A stretch of DNA of 64,000 nt, taken from positions 13,516,001 through 13,580,000 of the forward strand of contig JBHGNT010000003.1 in NCBI GenBank assembly GCA_043228905.1. The letters are read 5' to 3'. Source of the DNA: Azolla caroliniana. Its lineage: Eukaryota; Plantae; Polypodiophyta. Under the pieces are notes generated by a model. That model saw only the letters and a list, made by a program, of their open reading frames with translations. It made no database searches and was not told the origin of the DNA. This document shows, one piece after another, positions 37,594-49,300 of the stretch (positions within the stretch are counted from its first letter, which is position 1; every line of letters begins with the position of its first letter). Made by a program: the position numbers and the translations under genes.

Positions 37594-37630
37594 CTTCTTC
37601 TTCTTGTCGCTTCTTGTGACCCTTGGCCAT
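32167..37630 (-). CDS. PHP-domain (polymerase/histidinol phosphatase-like) metal-dependent phosphoesterase, YciV/TrpH-like; 5 exons, 485 aa
   Basis: Exons 37630-37226, 33519-33395, 33281-32967, 32867-32698 and 32609-32167 with GT-AG introns and consistent phases (1458 nt). Motifs DLHTHSACSDG, ALTDHDT, IPGVEIS, VHILGY, GRVHIARALV, LAHPW, GGSDFHG. Confidence 0.93.
32698..32867 (-). CDS. PHP gene exon 4
   Basis: GYEMAADDAVRLIRDTGG...LAHPW...EVYRGNGKAS, bounded by TAG and GTATGT. Confidence 0.9.
32967..33281 (-). CDS. PHP gene exon 3
   Basis: MKSESQDPVHILGYY...YLYDGGPAYA, bounded by CAG and GTAAGT. Confidence 0.9.
33395..33519 (-). CDS. PHP gene exon 2
   Basis: VQVLALTDHDTMSGIPEAVQEANKHKIRLIPGVEISAQVPS, bounded by CAG and GTAATC. 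Confidence 0.9.
34749..35345. repeat. Cluster of degenerate tRNA-derived (SINE-like) heads within a diverged ~260-bp tandem duplication, PHP intron 1
   Basis: rc A-boxes TAGTTCAGTTGG (34888-34899) and TAGCTCAGTTGG (35160-35171). 34921-35085 aligns with 35180-35345. Confidence 0.5.
35950..36900 (+). mobile_element. Highly decayed non-LTR retrotransposon RT 3' remnant in PHP intron 1
   Basis: SYIYLGVNF (YxYLG motif, ~36190) and downstream Cys/His-like remnants. No long ORF. Confidence 0.35.
37226..37630 (-). CDS. PHP gene exon 1
   Basis: ATG at 37630, low-complexity N-terminus, DLHTHSACSDG, donor GTAAAT. Confidence 0.88.
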
Positions 37631-37850
37631 GTCCTGTCCTGTCCTCTTCCTTCACTTTATGAATTCTATAAAGGAGAGACGACGACACGGAATTAATTAA
37701 GAACACAGATAGAAGAAGACGGCCATCGTTGCTTGCTTGCTTCGTGGCTGTTCAACCAGGAGATGAATGATGGATGGATGGATGGATGGATGGATGGATG
37801 ATGGATACATACATACATACATATACATCATCATTCATTCATTCATTCAG
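37360..37850. repeat. Microsatellites: (GGA)n, (CTT)n, (CTG)n, (GAT)n in exon 1; (GATG)n, (CATA)n, (CATT)n upstream
   Basis: Directly visible simple repeats. Confidence 0.9.
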
Positions 37851-39175
37851 AGGGAAAGACGGACAGACTGACAAAACCTCCCAAAGTTTATATACATATA
37901 TAATATATTATATATCATATATGTATACATAAGGCAAGCAAGACACGGAGGATCCGCCGATGAAGCTGCGATGCTCATGATGATCATTCATGCATATGTA
38001 CATATACACATTAACATAATATATCTTCTGCAGATCCAATCATGGAGAACACACACACATGACACATCCTATAGCTCCCTCCTTATCACACAATACATAT
38101 GTATTATCTCTTCAAGATATGTATAAGGAAGGACGGACGGACGGAACAAGAACACTTTTCCTTTTACTATGTGTCTTGCCAACCACATGAGGATGTGGTT
38201 TCCTTCCAATAGCAAACCAAGATTATGAGTGGAATCAAACTCTCTTTTCACTTCCAACCTAGATTATCAAGTGATCCCTAGGAGAAACTCTCTTCTTTAA
38301 TCAAATCCCCCAAGCAATCTCTATTTGATTGTCTGCAACTTAGAGACATCACGATGCAAATTTACAATCTTTACTCTAAGTGCTTCTAAGCTCCTTATAG
38401 TCTAATCGACAATTGTATACTTCTCTCTATTCTTTGTGGGTTTTCACCTCACTTTGAGGTTTCCCACTAGTAATAAAAGTGTTACTATTTTTATTTTTAT
38501 TTTAAAGATCCCTAGGAGAAACTCTCTTTTCTGACCTCCTCACACTCAATCAATCGAGGAAACTTCTCCATCTACAACCGTTGGATGAATACCTTGGCCA
38601 ACTTGGGCGCCTTACCAAATTTGTGAGACACGTAAGCACACCACGCATGGAAATGATGACACTCCAAACACGAACTTCCTAAATATCAAAAGAGAATATA
38701 TTTGAAGAAGAAATTGTGAGATGAAACACAACAAAGCAATGGTTATGCCCATGAAAACAAGATTTTTAAAACCCAACTTTTCACAGTCAATGTTTCAAAA
38801 GTTTCAAAGATCATACAAGCCAAACCAACCGCCAAGGTAAAGGACCGATCAACATCTCCAAAATCATATGTAGATATTGCAACAAGTAGGGACACATGGA
38901 AAGAGAATGTTGCCAAAAACAAGATGAACAAAGAAACAAAGGTAAAATCAACAACGCCCAAACACTTTTTGCATCAATACCTAATAAAGATGAAAACATT
39001 GTTCCGACCACCAATCACATAACTCAGTTAAGGAGTGGTGGAGTGTTCATACTATTTATCCTTGAGGGATGGGACCTAAGGAAGAATGCACCAGATCAAT
39101 GGTACCTTGATGGTAGGTCAGTTTTTATTGTAATATGAAAGGATGTTTTTCAGGAAAAAAAAAAGATGAAAACAT

Positions 39176-40230
39176 TGTTGGACGAAAAGTCCTACTCCAA
39201 CCATTGAACCTTAGTGTGAACACTCCTTGTAGTTAGGGCTTAGTTCCCTCTTGTATAACTAGGAGGAATTTCTTCTTGTATAGACGAACAAATGGTAATA
39301 CAGATCTTCTCTTTCCCAATAACTGTGTAATTGTCTCTATGTGTGTACATTCTTTCCCTATGTATATCTTTGAAACAAAATAGTCATCACAACACCTCAT
39401 GCTTGCTCTACACTTGCTCGCTTCACAACAATAAGATCCACACTTGCTTTTGCACAAACACGTCTCATTTGACCAACTGACCACACACCACAATCAACTA
39501 GACACTTCAAGTGTCATCCGGTGGTATCAAAGCAATCTTGGAACCAGGCAACGTCAATATAAGAAGAGGTAGAAAACTAAAGGAAAGTACTAGGCCAAAC
39601 AAAAATCTCCAGAAGAACAATGATCTCAACATCTGGCACAAGTTGTGAGATTAGAAAGTTCAACGGCAAAAACTTTACCTTATGGAAGGAGATGATGCAA
39701 GATGTGTTGATCATTAGACGCCAGATTGAAGCAATCAAGGACAACAACTAACCGTTAACGATGATCGATGAAGAATGGTGGTTGTGTGAAGAGATTGCGA
39801 GATCGACAATTTGAATGCATATGGCTGAAAAGGTCTACTTCAACATGGCAAAAGATTCGACTACATTTGCCCTATGGGAGAAACTTCAATCGATATACGA
39901 AAATAAGTCGAGCTCCCCCAAACTCATCTTGATTCGACCCTAAACCCACCTTGAAGATGAGGGAGACAGAGACGACAACCTCCCATATCAACACCTTTAG
40001 CCGAGTGTTGACTGAACTCTCCTCGCAAGGCCAGGCTAAATTTCGAAGAAAAAATCAAGGCACTTGAATTCCTTTCGAGCCTCCTAACGAGTTGGGAAGT
40101 ACTCTACACAACCATCACCAACAGCTCCACGATGCTAATACTCGACGAAGCAATCGAGATGGTATTGGCAAAAGAGCTTAGAAGAAAGTCAATGGGACTT
40201 ACCATTGATGACAATGCAGAAGCTCATTTC
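39176..40230 (+). mobile_element. Copia 5' LTR, PBS and decayed gag
   Basis: PBS TGGTATCAAAGC at 39522, then IRKFNGKNFTLWKEMMQDVL...LWEKLQSIYE (copia gag). Left LTR boundary approximate. Confidence 0.75.
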
Positions 40231-40290
40231 TCGAGGACCTATAGTTAGTGTGTCATCGATGAAAGTATGAGATGTTCTGCAACAGAAGAA

Positions 40291-40981
40291 TGTTGAGGAC
40301 CTATAGTCAATGTCAAGCAAACAACATAGATAAACTAGAGAAATAGATTATGCACAGTAGGCAAGAAGCACATTGCTAAGCTCTAATGAAGGATTGTGTT
40401 ATTCTCTCCGAAAGCTCTCTGTTTACAATGTCACGGTTAGGCTTATATTGTCAAGCCGTAATTGGGTAACGTATTCACACTAGAGATACAAATGGGTGAA
40501 GTCGGCCTTTCATGCCAACAAACTCCCACGTAAAAGGACTATTCTATATGGGTATACAATCTGTTGGGATTATCTCCCCCATAAACCTAGATTACAATTT
40601 GAATCTAAAATTACATTTGTATAGTTACAAGTGGATCGGCTTATGGTTGAATCGGCAAAGGTTAAGTCTAAATCTAGCCTAATTTGGGTAGTGTCCAGTT
40701 CGGCTAGTCCAGGTCAGATGGTGTCCAGAACGGCTCATTCATCCGGATTGGATCGTGTCCGAATCCAACTTTCGGCCTCTAGTTGTCCTTTGGCTCTCGG
40801 CTCGCGCTCGCTCCTGTGCTCCTTGCTGGATCTTCAATCGTTCTTCCGCTCCGCTTGCCCCTCGATCGTCTCCTCTCCAATCAGCTCCTTGACACTCGGT
40901 TGGTTGGGTCTTCAGCCTCTCGGCTTTCCAGAGTGAGCATCAAAGTCCCCTTGATTTCCAAAGGTCTGATCACATGTATCA
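40291..40981 (-). repeat. Probable LTR or LTR fragment
   Basis: TGTTG...ATCA termini and a TATA-like motif on the minus strand. No matching TSD. Confidence 0.4.
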
Positions 40982-41570
40982 CACCCCAATTATTGTTGAT
41001 ATGATCTATGGCTTATTGATCTTCCACCCATTCCTTTGTTAAAAGAACTTCCGCCACATTTATCTTCACTAATTCCTTGACAGTGATTGACACAAGCACC
41101 ATCATTATCCTTCACATAATATTTCTCATTCTCTCTTCCCTACAAGGCACTTTATCATCATCAATATTCTGACTTCTATCCACGATTTCCTCGATGTTAA
41201 CTTTTCCACCAAGAGGCATCTCAGAACCTCCTGCAGAAAATGATACCTTGTTTACCATGCTATGTTCTGAATTTCGGATTGGCTTTTGTTGTGGGACATA
41301 AAATACTTTGGGGGAATCTCTGCTGCTGCTTGAACTCCCAACCATTTTCGTCTCGCAAGAACCTCTCTCATTTGCATGCGACATTTTTCCAACTCTTCAT
41401 CAAAGAAAATTCCTGCAACTTCCCTCTATGGAAGCTTCCTGGTTTTGTGAAGCTTTTTCATGCTTTTGCCTCATAGGTCCGCTCATCTTCATTATCATCA
41501 GAAACAACATACCTCCTCACTTTCCATTTTATACCAGAAACAAGCATGGGTCTTCCTCTATCGTAGTCAT

Positions 41571-44500
41571 TGTTGGGGCCTGTCCACTCAAGTGGAGCCC
41601 ACAATGTTAAGTCGGCTAAACGCCGAATTCAACTTAAAACTAATTAGTTACATTTAAATATATATATATATATATGTATGTATGTATGTTTCCTCTTTTT
41701 CTTTTTGTATGTTTTTGGGCGTGTGTCTTTTTTGTTTTGTTTTGTTCAGGTGTGAAAACATATTCGAAAAAGGACGTTGCCCTACAAGGCTGAGGGAAGA
41801 GGGGCAGACGCAGAAAAAAACGGTTACAACAAAAAGAGAGTGCAGAAAAAAGGAAAAAAAAACAGAGAATATAGAAGTGTGATACAATCTGATTTTGTGA
41901 GTGAAAAATAGAGAGTAAACTGAGAGGGAAGTCTTCGAGAAAGACAGAGAAAAATAGAGAAAAACGAAGTGCATAAGAAAACATATCTAAGAGGCTGAAA
42001 ACAGAGATTCGACAAAAAGAGGTGTGTAAGAAGACACAAGAAATCAGAAGTGAACAAGTGAACAAGTGTGAGAGCTCGAGAACAAGGTGATCGAGAACGA
42101 GAACTCGTTGCAAGTGTAAAGACGGAGATCTAGTGAGGTGTTGTTTGGACCACAACAACTCTTCCGTTTGCTCGTAACAGGTTTACTTGTTTGTGTTTCT
42201 TTTGGGTTTTTCTTTTGGTCGTTTATCTTATTTGGTAGGGTGAACATTGTATCCAAGGCGGTAGCCTTGAAATATAAGTGCATATCTCTAGAGTAAACTC
42301 TTGAGGCTATATACGCCTTGTACACTCAGAAATTAGTGAATTTGTTTTGGAACCTAAGGTTCCCGTGGTTTTTCCCAATTTTTGGGTTTTCCACGTTAAA
42401 ATTTGGTGTACTCTCTTTTTGTGTTGTGGTGTTGTTTATTTCGATTCTTGAGTTGGTATTACGAATCATCCCGATTCCGCTCCATATCCCTATCAAGTGG
42501 TATCAGAGCGAGGTTCATACCCTCCGCAAAGACTTGGAATATGGATGAATCATTAGGGGGGATGATTAAATTAACGGGATCCAACTACTCCATTTGGAGA
42601 TCTAAAATGAGAGACATGTTGGTGTGTAAAGACATGTATCTACCCGTACTACATGGTCAAAGCAAACCTGAAGACATAAATGCATCAACTTGGGATGCAA
42701 TGCATCTAAAAACAACATCATATATACGTTGTTTCATAGACATGAGTCTATATAACAATTTTGTAGATGAAACCAAGGCACACGAACTATGGGGGAAAAT
42801 AGAAACCATGTTTCAGACTAAAAATGCCTTGAATAGGGTCTCGGTGTTTAGGAAACTTGTAAGACTTAGATACCAAGATGGCTCTAGTATGGCAGAGCAT
42901 CTTAACACTTTTCAAGGACTTGTAAGTCAAACAATCTCCCTAGAAATACCTTTAGCACATGAGGTGTTGACTCTTTTGTTGTTAGGCTCTCTCCCAGATA
43001 GTTGGGAAACCCTTGTCGTGACGCTTGGGACCGCAACACAATATAAGGAGCTAACATTGGATTCGCTCAAATCGAATCTTTTGCATGAAGAAGCACGACG
43101 AAAGGAGCGTGAATCTAATAATGAGGAAGCCTTGCTCATAGAAAAGAATCCTGATAGGGGAAGACGCCATACTCGGGGTCCACAAGGTCATAGAAATAAT
43201 GATGAGGGGAGGTCAAAATCTAGAGGTAGGAAAGACTTCAAGAAAGACTTCACGTGTCGTTATTGTGGTGGTCCAAACCATTATGAGAGAGACTGTTGGA
43301 AGAAAAAGAAAGACCAAAAGAAAGGAACCACCGACAATAAGAGCAATGACCCCACTACAGCCACTTGTGATGGCGACATTGTCATTGCATGTGATGATGC
43401 GTGTGTTAGCTTAGCATGCCAACAAACTGATTGGATTATTGACTCGGGAGCCTCGTATCACATTACTCCATATCGAGAGATGTTCTCGACATATGTCGGT
43501 GGTGACTTTGGTAAAGTCAAGATGGCGAACCACGGCATAACAGAGGTTGTTGGCATGGGAAATATAATTCTAACCACGGACACGGGTTGCAAACTAGTAT
43601 TAAATGATGTTAGGCATGTACCGGACATTCGGCTGAATATTATTTCAGCCGGTAAGCTTGATGATGAGGGTTACACAAATTCCTTCGGTGAAGGAAAATG
43701 GAAGCTCATAAAAGGCTCGCTAGTATTAGCAAGATGCCTAAAACAGAATTCTCTCTACGTAATGCGTGCTATGGTGTCCAATGGGGAGGTGAATGTAGCC
43801 GATAAGGAAGTTCCCATTGAATTGTGGCACAAGAGACTTGGGCACATGAGTCAAAAAGGACTCGAGGTGCTAGCTAGAAAGAACATCCTACCTGAGATAA
43901 GAGGTATGCACTTAGAAACTTGTGTTGATTGCTTGGCCGGCAAACAACACAGAGTTGCCTTTCAACATCTGCCCCCAAAAAGAAAATCTCAGCCATTGGA
44001 ATTGGTGCACACGGACTTGTGCTATATGAAAGATAGAACTCTTGGGGGAGCATTGTACTTTGCCACATTTATCGATGACTTCTCGAGGAAGTTGTGGTGC
44101 TTTGCATTAAAGACTAAAGATCAAGTGTTTGAAATCTTTAGGAACTTTCATGTAAGTGTGGAAAGAGAAACAGGAAGAAAGCTAAAATGTATCCGTGCCG
44201 ATAACGGCGGTGAATATCAGGGACGATTTGAGGAATATTGTCATGAGCATGGTATTAGACTAGAGAGAAGTGTCCCGAAAACACCTCAGCACAATGGCGT
44301 GGCTGAGAGGATGAATAGGACAATTTGTGAACGGATAAGATGCATGCTATCCCATTCAAAATTACCGAAATCTTTTTGGGGTGAAGCAATGAGGACTGCC
44401 GTTGACCTCATTAATCTGTCCCCATCAATCCCTTTGGATGGTGATGTACCCGAAAGGGTTTGGACAGGTAAGGAGGTGTCATACAAACACTTAAGAGTGT

Positions 44501-47474
44501 TTGGTTGCAAGGCTTATGTCCACATCCCAAAAGATGAAAGATCCAAGCTTGATGACAAATGCAAACCATGCATATTTTTGGGATACGGCCATGAGGAATT
44601 CGGCTATAGACTTTATGACCCAATAGAGAAAAAGGTCATTAGAAGCAGGGATGTGGTATTCCTTGAGGATCAGACCTTACAAGATCCGGAGCCGAATGAA
44701 ATGCCGAATCTCACCCCTGATTTTTCAGTCACTGAACACCCAATGCCTGCCCCAGACACACAAGGTCATGGGGGAGATACCGAGGAGTATGATGATATGG
44801 CTGATGATGCAGCCAACGATGATGACGGGCAATATCATGACCATCATACTCTAGGTGACAATTCAGCAGCTCCTCCGGAAGAAGAAGAGGTTAGAAGGTC
44901 TATGAGACAAAGAAGACCTTCTACTAGATACAGCCCACATGAATATGTGATGCTTTCAGATGGAGGAGAGCCAGAAAGCTTTAGAGAAGCTATGGCAAAT
45001 GATCATAAGGAGGAATGGCTTGACGCCATGAATGATGAGATGAAGTCTTTGCTAGACAATCACACTTATGATCTTGTAAAGCTGCCTAAGGGCAAGAGAG
45101 CGCTGAAAAACAAATGGGTTTACAGGCTCAAGACTGAGGAACATTGCTCACAACCAAGATACAAGGCAAGATTGGTTGTGAAAGGGTTCAGCCAGAAAAA
45201 GGGAATTGATTTCGAGGAGATTTTCTCACCAGTGGTGAAGATGTCCTCGATCAGAGTTGTACTTGGGATCGCAGCTAGTCTCGATCTGGAAGTTGAGCAG
45301 CTTGATGTAAAAACCGCCTTCCTCCATGGCGATTTGGAAGAAGAGATTTACATGGATCAACCCGAAGGATTCAAAGTCAAAGGTAAGGAAAACCTGGTAT
45401 GCAAGTTAAATAAGAGCTTGTATGGCCTAAAACAAGCTCCTAGACTTTGGTACAAAAAGTTTGACTCTTTTATGCTGAACCATGGGTATAATAGAACAAA
45501 CACAGACCATTGTGTGTTTGCTAAGAAATTCCCAGATGGGGATTTTGTAATTTTGCTCCTGTATGTTGATGATATGTTGATCGTTGGTCAAGACACCAAC
45601 AAGATTGAGAATCTGAAAAAGGAACTCAGCAAATCTTTTGCAATGAAAGACTTGGGACCAGCCAAGCAAATCCTTGGGATGAAGATAACCAGGGACAGGG
45701 CAAATAAAAGACTTTGGCTATCTCAAGAAAAGTACATTGAGAAGGTACTTGAGAGATTCAACATGGCTAAGAGTAAACCGGTCAACACTCCACTCGCGGG
45801 CCACTTTAAACTTAGCTCAGCTCAATGCCCTACGAGTGATGAAGAGCAAGAAGAAATGACACAAATACCATATGCCTCTGCAGTCGGCAGTTTAATGTAT
45901 GCTATGGTATGCACGAGGCCGGACATTGCTCACGCAGTTGGTGTAGTGAGCCGTTTCCTCTCAAACCCTGGAAAAGATCATTGGGAAGCAGTGAAATGGA
46001 TCTTGCGATATCTGAGGGGTACCTCAAGAGTCTGTCTAAAATTTGGTGAGAACCAAACTATATTAGATGGATATACAGATGCCGATATGGCTGGTGATGT
46101 TGACTCCAGAAAGTCTACATCTGGTTACCTAATGATCTTTGCAGGGGGAGCAGTCTCTTGGCAATCGAGATTGCAAAAATGTGTGGCATTATCCACAACG
46201 GAGGCCGAGTATATTGCTGTCACAGAAGCTAGTAAGGAATTGTTATGGCTAAAGAAATTCCTACAAGAGTTGGGGCTGACTCAAGAAAAATACATCTTGT
46301 ATTGTGACAGCCAAAGTGCTATACACTTAAGTAAGAACTCTTCCTTTCATTCCAAGTCAAAACACATAGATGTTAGATACCATTGGATTAGAGATGTGCT
46401 TGAAGAAAAGCAAATGCACATTGCAAAGATTCACACAAATGAGAATGGTTCTGACATGATGACAAAATGTTTGTCAAGGGAGAAGCTTGAAGTTTGCAAA
46501 CAAAAGGCAAACCTAGTTGTGCCTCCCACTTGAGATGGAGGGGGAGAATTGTTGGGGCCTGTCCACTCAAGTGGAGCCCACAATGTTAAGTCGGCTAAAC
46601 GCCGAATTCAACTTAAAACTAATTAGTTACATTTAAATATATATATATATATATGTATGTATGTATGTTTCCTCTTTTTCTTTTTGTATGTTTTTGGGCG
46701 TGTGTCTTTTTTGTTTTGTTTTGTTCAGGTGTGAAAACATATTCGAAAAAGGACGTTGCCCTACAAGGCTGAGGGAAGAGGGGCAGACGCAGAAAAAAAC
46801 GGTTACAACAAAAAGAGAGTGCAGAAAAAAGGAAAAAAAAACAGAGAATATAGAAGTGTGATACAATCTGATTTTGTGAGTGAAAAATAGAGAGTAAACT
46901 GAGAGGGAAGTCTTCGAGAAAGACAGAGAAAAATAGAGAAAAACGAAGTGCATAAGAAAACATATCTAAGAGGCTGAAAACAGAGATTCGACAAAAAGAG
47001 GTGTGTAAGAAGACACAAGAAATCAGAAGTGAACAAGTGAACAAGTGTGAGAGCTCGAGAACAAGGTGATCGAGAACGAGAACTCGTTGCAAGTGTAAAG
47101 ACGGAGATCTAGTGAGGTGTTGTTTGGACCACAACAACTCTTCCGTTTGCTCGTAACAGGTTTACTTGTTTGTGTTTCTTTTGGGTTTTTCTTTTGGTCG
47201 TTTATCTTATTTGGTAGGGTGAACATTGTATCCAAGGCGGTAGCCTTGAAATATAAGTGCATATCTCTAGAGTAAACTCTTGAGGCTATATACGCCTTGT
47301 ACACTCAGAAATTAGTGAATTTGTTTTGGAACCTAAGGTTCCCGTGGTTTTTCCCAATTTTTGGGTTTTCCACGTTAAAATTTGGTGTACTCTCTTTTTG
47401 TGTTGTGGTGTTGTTTATTTCGATTCTTGAGTTGGTATTACGAATCATCCCGATTCCGCTCCATATCCCTATCA
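41571..47474 (+). mobile_element. Intact Ty1/copia LTR retrotransposon (Tork/Tnt1-Tto1-like)
   Basis: Two 925-bp LTRs (41571-42495 and 46550-47474) with no differences seen. TSD GTCAT/GTCAT, PBS TGGTATCAGAGC (42498), PPT GATGGAGGGGGAGA, single uninterrupted ORF. Confidence 0.98.
42541..46533 (+). CDS. Copia Gag-Pol polyprotein (1330 aa from the first ATG after the PBS)
   Basis: CRYCGGPNHYERDC knuckle, IDSGAS protease, WHKRLGH, DDFS/DNGGEY/E integrase, YVDD RT, DADMAGD and TEAEY RNase H. Confidence 0.97.
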   Translation: MDESLGGMIKLTGSNYSIWRSKMRDMLVCKDMYLPVLHGQSKPEDINASTWDAMHLKTTSYIRCFIDMSLYNNFVDETKAHELWGKIETMFQTKNALNRVSVFRKLVRLRYQDGSSMAEHLNTFQGLVSQTISLEIPLAHEVLTLLLLGSLPDSWETLVVTLGTATQYKELTLDSLKSNLLHEEARRKERESNNEEALLIEKNPDRGRRHTRGPQGHRNNDEGRSKSRGRKDFKKDFTCRYCGGPNHYERDCWKKKKDQKKGTTDNKSNDPTTATCDGDIVIACDDACVSLACQQTDWIIDSGASYHITPYREMFSTYVGGDFGKVKMANHGITEVVGMGNIILTTDTGCKLVLNDVRHVPDIRLNIISAGKLDDEGYTNSFGEGKWKLIKGSLVLARCLKQNSLYVMRAMVSNGEVNVADKEVPIELWHKRLGHMSQKGLEVLARKNILPEIRGMHLETCVDCLAGKQHRVAFQHLPPKRKSQPLELVHTDLCYMKDRTLGGALYFATFIDDFSRKLWCFALKTKDQVFEIFRNFHVSVERETGRKLKCIRADNGGEYQGRFEEYCHEHGIRLERSVPKTPQHNGVAERMNRTICERIRCMLSHSKLPKSFWGEAMRTAVDLINLSPSIPLDGDVPERVWTGKEVSYKHLRVFGCKAYVHIPKDERSKLDDKCKPCIFLGYGHEEFGYRLYDPIEKKVIRSRDVVFLEDQTLQDPEPNEMPNLTPDFSVTEHPMPAPDTQGHGGDTEEYDDMADDAANDDDGQYHDHHTLGDNSAAPPEEEEVRRSMRQRRPSTRYSPHEYVMLSDGGEPESFREAMANDHKEEWLDAMNDEMKSLLDNHTYDLVKLPKGKRALKNKWVYRLKTEEHCSQPRYKARLVVKGFSQKKGIDFEEIFSPVVKMSSIRVVLGIAASLDLEVEQLDVKTAFLHGDLEEEIYMDQPEGFKVKGKENLVCKLNKSLYGLKQAPRLWYKKFDSFMLNHGYNRTNTDHCVFAKKFPDGDFVILLLYVDDMLIVGQDTNKIENLKKELSKSFAMKDLGPAKQILGMKITRDRANKRLWLSQEKYIEKVLERFNMAKSKPVNTPLAGHFKLSSAQCPTSDEEQEEMTQIPYASAVGSLMYAMVCTRPDIAHAVGVVSRFLSNPGKDHWEAVKWILRYLRGTSRVCLKFGENQTILDGYTDADMAGDVDSRKSTSGYLMIFAGGAVSWQSRLQKCVALSTTEAEYIAVTEASKELLWLKKFLQELGLTQEKYILYCDSQSAIHLSKNSSFHSKSKHIDVRYHWIRDVLEEKQMHIAKIHTNENGSDMMTKCLSREKLEVCKQKANLVVPPT

Positions 47475-48470
47475 GTCATCACCATCAAAATTGAGAAGAT
47501 TATCATATGCAGAGAGATCTTCCACCATTACTGTTGCTTTCCCTTTATTCCTCGAAATGCAAAAGACTCTATGGACGGCAGAGTTTGAGCTCCGTTCTCA
47601 CCGTTCTCCGCAGACGGTCTTGCCTAGTTGTTCTCTGCTCAGATTGACAAAGCCTTTTCGGGCTGAGTAGAGAAGCGATGGCGAGGTCTAATGAAAGGTC
47701 GACTATTGAAGACGTGTTTGTGGTGGGATATGTCGCTATCTGAGAGATCGTCATCCTCCAATGCTAAAACTAAACTGTTCAGATGAGATGAGATGAGATG
47801 AGGATGCAGGTGGAAGGGATAATAGAGGGTTTAAGGGGAGAAAAGGAGATAGAGGGTGCGGCTTGGAATCACAATGAATTAGTGGAAGAAGAAGCTTGGA
47901 ATCAACATGCGAGGGGATGAGATGGGGGAGGAAGAATGTTTGCAGGCAAAGGCGCGCAGTTTAAAAACAAAAGGACGGGCCTAACTGTGAGGAAACGCTC
48001 TAGGGCTTGGCCCTTCTTGAAGCCAAGGGAAATTCTGAGTGCAGGAGAAGAAACAGACGGGGAAGGGGGAGCCAGTGTTTGAGATCTCCATCGCAGGTTG
48101 GCTCTCATACAGAGAGAAAGAGAGAGAGAGAGAGAGAGAGTCCATGCATGCACAAACCACTCTCTATCACAGATACAGATAGGCATGTAGACAGAGACTT
48201 CTTCTTAAGGGGGTTCGGCCGTAGGGCGTCCCACTGTTTATATATATATGGGAGAAAAAGAAAACAGAACAAAATAGAGAATGACACAAATTTGAGGGAA
48301 AAACTTCTTCTATTTTTTCCATGCCCCATCCCATGTATGTACAAGAGGTGAGGTAATTGTTACAAATAAAGAACGAGACAAAGTAGGGAGTTACACCTCT
48401 CTCATCTTTTGTACATAGGCACACAAATGTGCATGTGTTCATACACATACTCATCCTCACACTCACACTC

Positions 48471-48844
48471 ATACACAACAACTAGTCTATCATCTTTCAC
48501 CCTTATACATCCCCGTACATTTCCTACGGGTAACAACGTAATACGCAATCGAGGTATTGACCTCTTACGCATATGACACGAATCGTATATCAAATACATG
48601 ACAATTGAGGTATTGACCTCATACGCATACATATGTACATTTTATATATCTACAAGAGGTAACCGTTACATACACAACAACCAGTCTATCGTCTTTCGCC
48701 CTTATACATCCTCGTACATCTCCTACGGGTAACAACATAATACGCAATCAAGGTATTGACCTCTTACGCATATGACACGAATCGTATATCAAATACATGA
48801 AAATTGAGGTATTGACCTCATATGCATACATATGTACGTTTTAT
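48471..48844. repeat. Direct tandem duplication, period ~199 bp
   Basis: 48471-48645 aligns closely with 48670-48844. Each unit has two GAGGTATTGACCTC-type mini-hairpins. Confidence 0.85.
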
Positions 48845-49300
48845 ACAACCAATCAATTACCACTGCAACATAGTTTAATGATTGAAATTAATACATAATG
48901 ACATAAACATGATTAGAATGGGAGAAGAAAGAATGGGGAAAAAATTAAGGAAGTATCGAAATTCTTTCGTTGATGCCTTTCCGAATCAAGCTCGATTGCA
49001 CATCGATCGATCACCATCCAACCAAGGAAACAAACTAATCAACAAAAGAAACATTAATGGTTTGTCTCAATTCCACAACACTTAGGTAAAAAGAGAGAGT
49101 GAATGGAAAAATATAGAGACAGAAGAAATAAGTTTTTCGAAGTAATGAAATAGAGGGTTTTTGGGTTGCTACAGAGGTGAGTCTCTTTCCCTCTTCCTTC
49201 TCATTTGAACCCTAAACGATCTTGCCCATTACGTATCCGTTGTTGTACAAAGAATTGTTGTAATGCATTCATAACATGGTATCACAACTTAACTACTATT

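Noticed and set aside
41640-42158. 172-aa Phe/Leu-rich ORF present twice (also 46619-47137), resembling a membrane or env protein
   Set aside because: It is the antisense translation of the A/G-rich LTR, so the bias is compositional.
40985-47760. Minus-strand ORF pieces flanking the intact copia (41112-41384 and 47569-47754) as a disrupted host gene
   Set aside because: Multiple stops and no recognisable family, so it cannot be supported without a search.
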